From the NCBI RefSeq assembly GCF_001949145.1, contig NW_019091361.1:3249854-3313853 (forward strand): 64,000 nt of DNA, given 5' to 3'. Under the pieces are notes generated by a model. It was not told where the DNA came from and did not search any database. It worked only from the letters and a program-made list of their open reading frames with translations. This DNA comes from Acanthaster planci (Eukaryota). The position numbers were made by a program, and so were the translations under genes. Positions 38,401 through 50,400 of this stretch are shown here, piece after piece; position 1 is the first letter of the stretch; the number at the start of each line of letters is the position of its first letter.

Positions 38401-41400
38401 AGTAACCCTGGGGAGAAGGTAGGCACAAATGTATTGTCAAGTGCTATTACCACACAAATTGGCTCTTTGTCCAGAGTGTATGCATACTTGAGAACTGGGC
38501 AATCAGACAGTCCTTACAGTGCATCACAACTTTTGCATAGTTACAGAAGCTGTGAGGGCATGGCATTACCTGTCCTTTCATGCATATAAACAGGAGGTCA
38601 GGTCTTCAGCTGTTAGTCAGTGAGACAGGTAGAAATGCAGGCTAGCCCATCAGGCAGTTCCATATGCCAATGTTTGTTTATCTGCCTTCCTTTTCCCCAA
38701 GGTGAAAATTGGTGAGATGCAGGTTCGAGGTGCGCCGCGAGACCTCCAGCCAGGCGAGCCCCTGTGCGCCCCAACCTCCTCTGTCCTGGCTGAGGCCCAC
38801 GTGACCCTCCTGCGATCACTCCATCGGGAGCCTAGCTGGAGGGACACCATCAATAACAGCATCCAGGCCCGGCTAGCACAGATCCAGAGGTTGCACCAGT
38901 CCGCGCCAGGGCCCACAGCCCAGGAATCCGACCGCAGCACTTCTGCCGATCCCCGGCACAAAGCTGAGACGACAAGGTGTAAGTCGGCACCCAGGAAGTC
39001 AGAAAGCGATGATGTGAAACCCGACAGGAGGAATGCCAACGGAGATGGCAGGCTCTCAAAGAAAAGCCGGGGAAGCATGTCGGATTCAGAGCTGGTCAAG
39101 ACAAAACTGGGTGAGGTAAAAACAAAATCGGACAAGTCAAAGGAGACAGAGAAAGCTCTGGATGTTGGGAAGAATGAACAGAAGGGAGATGACCCAGTGA
39201 AGGGCGAAACAAAAGCTGCAGATGCAAGTGACAAAAGAGAAGACAAATCATCCAAAATGAAAGATACTGACTCCAAGTTCGACAAAAACCATAAGAAGAA
39301 AGATGAAACTGAAGACAAAGCTGGGAAGAAGGAAGTTGCAGATGATAAAGAAAAAGGTTTGTATTTATTGTGAGAATGTGTTTACAATTAATATTAATTT
39401 GTAATCCTAAAAACATAATGCCTATAATACATGAAATGCTTTAGCTGCTACCTACTGAAGAGATCACAGTCATTGATAAGAGAAATTTCACTGAGATTTT
39501 CACTAATTTCTTGGGAAACAAAATACCACCTGAGCTGAAATTTCAACAGGGTAAATTGTTTAACCCTCTGCAGTAAAGATGTGATGCTGTTGTGGTTGGC
39601 GTTTGGAAAAGGAAAATTAAATTCAGATGACAAAGTTGTGTGGTACTTGGCAATCTCGTTTTCAGACACTGAGTCAACAGACTGGATGGAACTTTGTAAC
39701 TCTGTCCTACCAGTCTTGGCGGTCATCGGAGGCATTGACAGGGGCCTGAGAATTGGTGGACGCTGTGTGCATAAACAGACCTGTAGAGAGGCCACCCTTC
39801 TGGGCATGCTCAAAGAGGGTGGTACCTCGGCCAAGGTGCAGTGGGAGGATGCAGATTCCACCATCAGGTATATGTGCGTGTGTATGCATTGACAGACACC
39901 TATATGTCTAGGGTTCTATTCCCACCTGTGTCCTTATCCTTTTGCTCATTGTTGAGCAGAGGCACAGGACATGGCCTGTTTGTCCTCGGACAGGGAATTT
40001 TAAAGTTTTCTTCATCCTATAAAATGGCTTGTGTTCCGACGCATCTTCTACTACCTTTGTAGGGTTGCTTAGGTTGCGCTTAGTGTTTTGCTCACTTGGA
40101 GACATTTTTGGCTACGATTAATTGGAACATTAAGACTGTAATGAGTAAAAAAAGTAATGAAAAAAAATTAAAATAATCAAAATGTTGAGAATGTTAATTT
40201 CAAGGCTTGTTTGCTTTATTTTCTGTCAAGCAGCGACTGTGCAATATCAAATCTGGAGCCCTTGGAGCCAGCGGGATTTGAGCCAGCACACCTCAAGGGT
40301 GTCAGTGCGACTGTGCTGTGCGACCTTGCCCTCCTCTCTGGAATCACCAACGAGAGCACCCAGAGAGATGTAGTAAAAGCAGACCAGCCTGCAAGACCTG
40401 CTGGCGAGGGGGCGACGGAAAATGAGAAAGAGAAACAAGATCAAAAGAGGAAGGAAGAAGATGTGGCCAAGACGGATGCGTTTGAGAGGTCTCTGGATGC
40501 AGATATTGCCAGAGCGATGAAAGAAGAGGAAGAGGAAGAGGTGACTGCAGAGCCCGAAGGCCCTGTAGAAGTCACAGAGCCTGTTTCGAGTGTCGAAAGC
40601 ACTGACATTGACAGCCCCACCTCGCCGAAAGCCAGAAACCCTGCAGCGGCTACAAAATTGTCAACATTGCAGCTGCAACTGGAATCACCGGATTCTAAAG
40701 CCAGCCGAGGTGCCGCTGCATCAAGTGCCGAAGGCCAGGTTGTCCCTGCACCGATCACCAACGAGAGGGTGGTTGAGGAAGTCTCTAAAAGCATCTCTCA
40801 GGAACTGGACCCTGACTCGAGGATGTTGTCGGCAAGTGACCAGATGCCAGAGCCATCCCTCAGGGATGAGATGGAAGGAACATCTGCCGCCTCGAGCTGC
40901 AACGATTCACCAGCCCTCAGCCCCACGGATGCCAATTTGTCCGACACTAGCACCCTGTCCGTCCAGGCTGAGACCCCCAAGGTGGAGCAAGAATGTCCCA
41001 TCCCGACCCCCGCTGCCACCATGAAGGAGACCCTGACTGCTCCTAAACCGGGCCTGAAGCTGGAAGACACCACCAAGCAGTCGGACACAGAGATGAAGAG
41101 CATTATGCTGGCCCACCTTCAGGTGGGCGCCCTGAAGACGCTCAGCGTGCTCATGGGCTGCTCAAAGTACATTGAGATGCTACTGGTCCCCAAGACCCTG
41201 ACGGCCGAGAAGCCACAGAAGGACCAGCCACCCCTCCCGCCAGTCGGCGAGAAGCAGCAGCGCAAGGGCAGCGGGGGCAGCGACAAGGACCAGGGGGAGC
41301 TGGCCAGGGCCAAGGAGGAGATGGAGAGCCTGCGAACAGCCATGCGCACCATCATGAGGCAGCTGGTGAAGCGGGCTGTCATGCCCTCCCCCATCAGGCG

Positions 41401-44400
41401 CGTGGTGTGCATGGCCGAGCTTGAAAGAGCCCATGCCATGCTGATCAAGCTGGCAGCCCAGGCTCCATTTACAGACGGTAAAACCACCTCTTCTAAACTA
41501 GGTGGGTAACTGTGAGATCTCATAGACTTTTTCATATTGCGTATTATTCATGGGGTCATATTCATATCGCATCAATGCAAAATTCTTGTTTCTTAGGGCA
41601 AACAAGAAGACCATGTTCCTGTTGATAAATCATGGGCAACATTGTGTTTTCATTCATTCATTGCAATTCTATCTTGGAGATTAAATAGGATCATTGTTTC
41701 CACATTATGCTTTCCACAGAGATGTTAGCCAGCCAAGCCCGCCGGCTGGAGCGAGAGTCTGCTGCCGTGGCCACTTCCCAAGCTGACAGCCAGGATCGGC
41801 AGAGTTCCTCCTCCACCACTGTCTCGGCTCCACCCACCCCTTCTTGTTCCCTGCCGTCCCGTAGCCGCCTGAGGGGGGTGGGGATGAGGACACTATTCTC
41901 TCGTGGGTCGCAGAGGGCGACGACTGTCACCGCCATCTCACCCCCGGCGTCTCCGCCCCACTCCCCTGATGAAGACGCCCACAGTGAGGGTAAGATGCCA
42001 AGGGACAAAAGGTCAGATGTCAAAGGTCAGAGTATCGTAGAGGTCTTTAACTGTGGGAGAATGACCAAATTAAGGGGAAGATACGAAGGGTTACTAAGGG
42101 TTAAAGGTCAAATATCAATCAGAAAATCGTGAACGTCGTGAACTGAGGAAGGATGCTCACAAAGAGCATAAGGTATCCAAGATCAGAGGTTAGATATCAA
42201 AGGTCAGAATGTTTTTTTATCGAGGAAAGTGCATCATCTTTCTCTTTGGAAGAGAGGATTTTTGTCATGGATTCAGATGATCATCTCTTTAGGTTCGACT
42301 GTTTTGTATTTTTAAAATTTGTCTTGTGAACTGGTTTTCCGTTCCGTTGTCTGTTTGCAGCTTGGCAGTCCCATCCACCCCCGTCTCCACCTATAGCTGC
42401 TCCTCTCCTGGAAATGGGGTTCAGTATGCATCATGTACTAAAAGCAATGGCTGCCACAAGTAAGTCATCGGCTCCTTTATCATGATTATTGGGTTATCAT
42501 CATTCCAACTTTAATGGTCTGCTTGATCTGTGCTATGCTGAACTCCCCAAATCGTAAAGGGAAACTGATCATGTCTACTTGCTTGACTTGTCGCAGACAC
42601 GCGTGGGGACTTAGACACGCAGCGCATCACCATCCTAGCCACCTGGATGATAGAGCATCCTTGCCTGGAAGAGGAGGACGACTCCTCCCCCTTGCAGGTG
42701 CAGCCACAGCAACAACCCCAGGGTGGCGCTGCAGAGCAGACCAGTGGTAGGCAACAGCAGCAGCAACCATCAGGTGCACTCAGCAGGCCGTCTAGGCCCA
42801 CCGATACTGAAAGCTCCACCAGCCGATACGAGGAATACGAAGAGTGAGTTGACCCTTGGAAGGTGGAAAAGAATACTGGTTACCCGTTGGTTTTTTTTTT
42901 TGCAAACTCTTGGGGGTTAGTTTGAGAGAGAGAGGAGAGGAAACAGTGATGCACTGTTGAAACCAAGTTTAGTGAGACTAGTTGTAATTATCACCTTTTG
43001 TTTCTGTTGAGCAGTTCCAGCTACCCAGACACGGAAGAGACCGCCAGACGGTTGAGAAGAACACCGTCCGTAGAGCGCCCCCCATCCCGCTTAGAGCGCT
43101 ACCGGGCTGTCGCTGACCTGTCCTCACTCGCCAACGCCATGGCCCGTAATGTGGACAGAACAACGTGTAAGTCCAAACTCTCACATACAGTGTGTCTGAA
43201 GGGACTGGGGTTCACTTTTGCTGTATTCCTTTATGTGAAGTCAGTTGGCCATAGACAGTCATATTTCCAAATGCAGCATGTACATTTGCAGTTGGTGACA
43301 TTAACTGTGGCAGACACAAGGGATTTACATCTATGCTGCTTATGCTTATCCCTGGAAATAACACACATTCCACTGAGCCATTAAAATACAGCTTCCTAGG
43401 TCTATGCATTATTCCGAGTCACAGCCATAACTTTTGGACACGACTTTTCCTCTGAAATAAGACAACTTGGCGCTTTGAACTGTTCTGCCTCAGACTACAG
43501 TAGATACACCTGCTACACGACTAATTTTCTGGTTATGGAGAAATGCTGTGTGACAAGTTAAGGTTACCAGCCAAATGGCCTTGTGATACATAGTGCTCCT
43601 AGTTGGTACCCAGCAAAAATTCTGCTTATATCGCACATTTGGCCCAGCTTTGTTTTCCATTCAGAAGTACTTACGACAAAAGATTTTTCATCTTTTGTCT
43701 CTGTGTCCGTCAGACCACTCTGAGGGTCTGTTCAGTGACTTGGACAGACAGGATCTCAGATACGAAGTCCCGTCTGAGGACATTGTCTTTGAAGATGACG
43801 ATATGGATTTGGATGACGAGGAAGATGATACCCTGGTTACCGACAATGGTGGGGACCGGGAACTGTTGGGTCTATGGTACCCTGAGGTAGGACTTTTCTT
43901 TAAAAATAAAAAATGAAGTATAACTTAAGATTTCTAATTGGGAAGTTGTGCTTGCCATTCACAAAGCATCTCTTAGAGCTAGGATTCCATCACAGACCAT
44001 GGACCCATTTGGAGGCCTTGAATGTTTGAGCCAAATAGAAAGTTTCCCAACTTTTTTGTATTACAAGATGTAATTTTTTTGTTGATTAACTGTGAGGTTG
44101 TAGTATTCTTTTCCATTCATTTTGTATCAAAGGTGCTCCATTGCATGCAAGATCATTTGAGTAATTTCTTAGCACAAGGTGCTCCATAGAGAAGGTCATG
44201 AAAAGGTCAAATAAAGCATGCTTTCCTTAACACCATGTTTGTGTACAGTCTTGCTGCTCAGTCGGATTAAATCTGCAAGTTACTCACTTGAAACATAACA
44301 GAAGTCACATACAAAGTGACAACTTCCACAATCGGAGACTGAAGCAGGAACTTGTAGACGTGCATCCCAAGCTGGAAATAAGAAAGTACATAAACAAGCA

Positions 44401-47400
44401 CTTTCTTATGGGAGCCTGGAAGGATATGATGGATTCAAAACCTCTACCACAAGAAAGCATATATTTAAACAAAGCAAGGTGTCATCAGTACATTGTCCTA
44501 TTGGCTTGGTATTCCTCATCAGCTGAGCCGCGAGTTGGAGGAGAGCGAGAGCCAGGTGACCTGCGACCTCTGCGGCATGACCACCCCACAGTTTAACCGC
44601 CACATGCGGCTGCAGCACCCCGGCTGCCGGCAGAGCTGTGGCCACATGGGTTACCGCAGCAATGGGGCCTATGTCGGGGGCTGGTTCGGCGGGGCCTGCG
44701 GCACCGGTAACCCGTACTACCTCATGTGCACTGACTGCAGGGAGAAGTACCAATCGGGCAACAGGGGTCTGGTAACCATGTCATCAGACTTTACTGTGAC
44801 AACCGAGGGCACTGTTGATGGTAAGATTCTTTCCAAAGCTAGAAGGTTCTAATCAAATTTTGGGGAATTCTGTACAGTAACTAGCTCAACTAGTGGACTC
44901 CACTAACAGCTGGTACCATAATTAACAAGCTCTCGGACTTCAGAGTGTACTATGCTTATGAAGTGAAATGACCTTGAAGGCAATGCAATTAACATTTATA
45001 TCTCCCACTTAATGCAAAACCCTGTCGTGCTAAAGTTGTTCACAGTAACGAACTGCTGTCCGTAGGTTGACGCTCCATCTGGCAAAACTTGTTTTCTTAC
45101 AAACTCTGGTATGTAACTGAGTTTAAACTTTAACCCTAACCCCTTAGGGTGTATGTAAACTTGTATTGAAATTGGAGGATTTGGGACTGTTAGGGTTAAA
45201 AGATACAGCTGTGACAAGTGAACCATTTAAACCGATGTTTGCAACATTACCACTTGTCTTTCTTTCTCTCTCACCAGATGATCACGACTTTGTCATGGAA
45301 GATGACACCAATCAGATCTCGGGCCAGGAGACGTTTGAGCAGATCATGGGGCGTCTGGGCCTGACCGAGAGTCGCTCCATCCCTGAGCCGGTCCAGTTTC
45401 CGGAACCGGACCCCCTGGGGGCTAGAAGTGCGTCAGTCGGGGTCAGCAGGGGTCCCGGGGGAACCCTAAATCTCGGTGAGTGTAACATATACGTTAAATT
45501 TGTGTAAGATGCAAAAGTGTGGTAATTTGAACCTGTAAGCTCTTATCGAATTTGTGGTGTTTGAAAGGTCAGCCTGACATTATGTAACTTTGTGCTATGT
45601 TTGAACAATGAACTGATTCGGTCTTTCAAAAAGGTGGCGTCATTCAAAAACTAAGCACATGACCCCACACCAGTTTGAACATTTTCAGTGCATGTGAGTT
45701 GGAGTGCTACCATACTAAAAGGGCCAACCTTGATACTCATGTTGATGTTCTTGATTGACCTATGACACACTTCACAATGATCATGCACTGTTGAAATTCC
45801 AAACCGACTCATTGGCAATGGCACGGTTTGAGTGAGGGTTTGTAGATTGTGCCTATGCCATCTGCAAGTTGATCTGATTGGTTTGCAAAATCATGGTGTC
45901 ACAATTGTTCTTAGATGGTACCAGCCAGCGGGACTCTTGCCTTGTGAATCGGCTGAGCCTTGGGGAGCAGGTCGCCCTACTGTCCACTGCCCATGACAGG
46001 GCCGTTGCCCTGAGGAAGACAACGGCAGCTGCTCAAGTACTCCTGGCTCGGTCTATGGTCATGAGAGCGCTCTCGCTGCTGTCTGTCAGGTATATCTGCT
46101 TCTGTTTGAGCTTTTCTTTGCTGGATTTGTTCCGACAAACTTGAATCTTGTGATGTTTTTTGAAAGTTTAGATGCTGATAACAGATGATGTTGATTTCAA
46201 CCAAAAAATATAAGCACTAAAATATTATATGCAAAGTTGATCACATCCTATTAATTTCTTGATGCTGGCCTTTGATCCAGACCATCAGGAAGAAATGTGA
46301 AAGTTGGCTGCTGTACCGGTATCAAGATTTTTTACCAAAAGTAGCACAGGAAAGTAACCAAATCCATTAAACTCTTCATCGTGTTTGTCTGTATGTGTCA
46401 TGTGCAGCGGTTCTGCCTGTAATCTCTCCGAGGGCCTGGAGCAGCTGGGCCTATCAGACATCAGGCTGGTTGTCCGGCTCATGTGCCTGGCAGCAGCAGG
46501 CCGGACAGACTTTGCGGCCGCCAACAGCCCCTCGTCGACAGCCGGTTATGGCAGCCAGGTCCCCCTGGATACAGTGTCCACGGGAACAGTGGGCATGTCC
46601 TCCAGTCTGGCCTACCTCAGCTCGGCCATCGGTTCTCTGGTGGCTTGTAATCCCAGTGCAGCCAAGATGCTTGTTCAGCTGTGCACCAAGGTTAGAATTA
46701 GTCCGGCTTTGTCATGATTTTAGGCATTCGCGGAATAATGATCTCTAACAGTTGCGAGTATGCAGCTTACTGTATATCTCATTCATGTGTGAAAAACTGC
46801 AATTTAGATCTCACAGTCACGACAAAAATCCCTCCTCTCAATCGATCTTGCAAAGCTGGTGAATGGTTGAAATAATGTAGAAAGAGGTCCATTTGGTTAG
46901 CAAGACGTTTGTGTCAAGAAAATCTCTTGGTGTTTTCCATAAGAATCCCTTCATTTTGAGGAATTTTGAGAGGAGTTGGTAGTGGCTGATAATTTGAGCA
47001 ATTCATCCTTGGATTGTTAACTTAATATAGCTGGTCATGTTCAGGAGGTCTTGTGTGCCATTGGAGTTGCAAATCCTTCAGCATACCCTTAACTTGTGCA
47101 AGACACTTCAACAGAAAGCTCGAAAGTATTTCTGAGTTGCCAGTCTTGTAAGCCTCCCTCCCATTCAAGCCACCAACATTTTTGGAAGTTAACAGTGGTG
47201 AGATTGTAAGGATTGTCCGTATTTCAGGATTTTTCAACAGTCTGTGTTTCATTCTGGAAAATCCCTTGTGTACAGTTAGTTTTTCTACATATAAAAGTTG
47301 ATACAAAACCGAGGGGTTATTCCATTTGATCCCACACTGCTATGGGTCCCTTAATTCCTCTGAGGATTATTCCGTGGATAATTCATATTACTTCAGTGTC

Positions 47401-50400
47401 ACTCCTGAGTGAACTATTTTCCAAACCTTTGAAAGCTGAAAAGAAAAAAAACAATGGTCGAGGTGCAGTGCATTGGCTGTCACTGCCCTGCAAAGAGATG
47501 CCTGTACCTCCCAGGTGCCCCCCCCCACAGAAATCCACTTTCACCTCCCCCGGGTATGCCTTGGCTCCCAACTAAAAATCTACCTCTGGAACTCTCCACG
47601 TCAGAGACCTTCTCTCCCACTTCATCTCATCAACCCCTAGGACCTCCTCTCAGCTGCCTGTGGTCTCAACGTGGCTGCCATCGACACCCGACGGGGAACC
47701 TCCACGGCCAGGGAGGATCCTGCCTCTTCCGATCAGCGAGCCCTCTCCTCTCCTAGCTTTGCCGTCACCCAGGCCCTGGTCTGCTTGCTGGCCGAGGGCC
47801 CCAAGCAGCAGGCCAGCCAGGCTCAACAGTTAGAGGGATCCACAGGTTGGTACATGGAGAAGGAATGGTAGAAATTTCTAGATTTTTATCTGGCATATTT
47901 CATTATTTTTTTTTAATCACTTCTTTTCAAATTTGACTTCACTTTTTCTGGAATTTGAGTGTTTCTTTGTATTGAAGAGATTGAAGTTCCCTGTAAAATG
48001 TTCTCACAAAGTTGACAGTTTTACACTTGTGTACACTTATTTCAAATGATGCTGTGACCTAGGAATGGTATGGTTTTGATTGATTTTTTGGATCCAACTT
48101 TAAGCTAGAATCATGCTGTTTGCCTGGATTCACTTTGGTGAAATATGTTATTGTATTATATGAGGATCTTGCATCCTTTCTTGTCAAAAAAAAATCACAT
48201 TTCTTTTTCGAGATTTTTCAATGTTGAGAATTTTAACTTCCCAGTAAAACTGTTTCTCTTTGAGGACTTCAGTTTTTTCGTCTAAATCCTCACTAGTCAA
48301 GTTGCAAGCTTTTCAAATCAACTTTGACAACAGCACTCCTTAGTCCTTATTCATCCTTTTACTTGTGACTAAAAATATGATGGGACTTTCTTGAAGGACT
48401 TGTGACTGGTCTTGTGATAGAGTTCTTCAAACTTGATTCCATTTAGCATTTATTATCTGACTTCTTATCAGACTACGAACTGATTTCTCTCAGTGTGCGC
48501 TCTGTTTATTGCAGAGACCAACCAGGCCACAAAGGAACCACCCAGTGACCCCATGACCCCAGCAGCTGCCTCCACCCTAGCAGCCCGGGCAGCCCCGCCC
48601 CTCCAGCTAGCCAACGCCCTGGCGGCCTGCTGCCTGTCGGGCCGGCTTGCCAGTCAGCACCGGGAGTGGGCGGCTCAGCAGCTGGTCAAGACACTCTCTG
48701 GCCAGGCCCGGCTAGGGGCAGTCCCTTTAGTCATCGCTGCAGACTTCCACAGCGACCTGCCCCCATGTCCTGTGACGAGAATAGATGCTCACCAGGACGT
48801 GTTGACAGGTTGCATCTGGAATCCAACTAAAGCACTACTAGCAACAAGGTAATCTGTAGAAACCTCAAGATTCAAATTTTTGTGGGACATCTGTAAAAGA
48901 TGCCATTTAACTTTGTACCCTGTCATAATTGACTCAATATTTGTGCTGTTTTCATTAGTACTGATGTCCAAAGCCATGGTGCATTTACTCATGTATTCTG
49001 TGTTAACTGTGGTCATTTGATGGCCTTTTCCTCTTTTTACAAATTCATGTAAACTTTGAAGGGATGGAGGTCTTTTATGTGAATGTGTTCAATAAACTGG
49101 ACCTTCTTCAGTGTGGAACTTTAAAGTAAAAATGTTGCATGGTGCTGTCGTAAGATTGAAACTGTTGTGTAAAGAAGCAAAGTAGCAAATTGTTCTTGGA
49201 AGGTGGCATTTATATTATCTATCCTTAGATTTTATACTTACTTTGGAAAAGATTTGAAATCAGGGACTGGTTATACACTTTTTGATAAATATTTTGGCAG
49301 TGACATTGTTGACATGATGCAGTGACATTTAGAGGTCTTAGAATTACATTTCATGTAAGCCATTGAACTATCAGTACTCTTCCTTTCCATCTGTTGTTGT
49401 AGTGGCTGTGATGGGGTGGTGAGACTGTGGGGTTCCCTGTCTCGTCCCCAGCCTCTCCTGCAGCAATCCTGCACCTTCACCGACAGCGACGAGTACGGTG
49501 CCTACATCAGCCCCAGTCGCTGCGGCCTGCCACTGACCAACCTCTGCTACAATGCCAATGGGAGGGTCATCGCTGCCTCGCTGGAACACATGGTCAATGT
49601 GTGGTTTGTCACAGGTGGGTGCGCGGGCTGCTGAGATTGGCTCATGTTAGAGATTAGCGACGGTGATGGAACCATGGAGAGGGGGCTACTGGAAGGGAGT
49701 TATATGTCCTCCCCTTTTTAGTAGAAGCCTCGGACCTTGGGGATGCCCCGCTTCCTTTTGTTTCTTGAACAAAATGATGGAAGCCTCGCCCGCATTTTCT
49801 GTCAGTGTCCCCCCCTTGACAAAAAATGTGCGTACTGCCAAGTGCCCCACCCCCCCCCAAGTTTCACCCGGTAACACTACAGATGAGTTTCCATGAGTTG
49901 AAAAGCAAAACTAGTTGCTATGAGCTCTGAAAATTTGGTTCTGCAAAACAGTCGTAATTACTAGAATGCCAAATATGGCGTAGTCAGTACTTTTTGCATT
50001 TTCTTGGAGAAACTGGTTGATCAGAATTCTCATGCCTTTAAATGTACTGCTAGAGATTTGATTACCAAATGAAGTTCTCTGCTTTCGTAGGCGGCAGGGG
50101 CCATCTTGATCAACAACCCCAGCTGGTGACTGCCCTTGCTTGGCCCAAATTCAAGGGCTTACTGGAGGGACGGGCCGGCACAACCACGGAGATGCTGGTG
50201 GTGGGGCGCATCGATGGCACCCTGGGATTGATCGAGGTCCTGGACCATTCCACCTACCACCGGGTGGAGCTGGAGCAGTGCTACCGACAAAACGGTGAGA
50301 AATTGTCAGATGTTCCCGCATTTGACTTGACAGGAAGGGGCAAACAGCTTACCTAGAGATTTGAGTTGACTTTGTGTCAAGAATGTCTTGGCAGTTTCTC

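Noticed and set aside
38650..42023. Minus-strand ORFs opposite large exons (for example 38650-39318, 41119-41535, 41691-42023)
   Set aside because: They are antisense shadows of GC-rich or biased HERC1 exons with no recognisable motifs.
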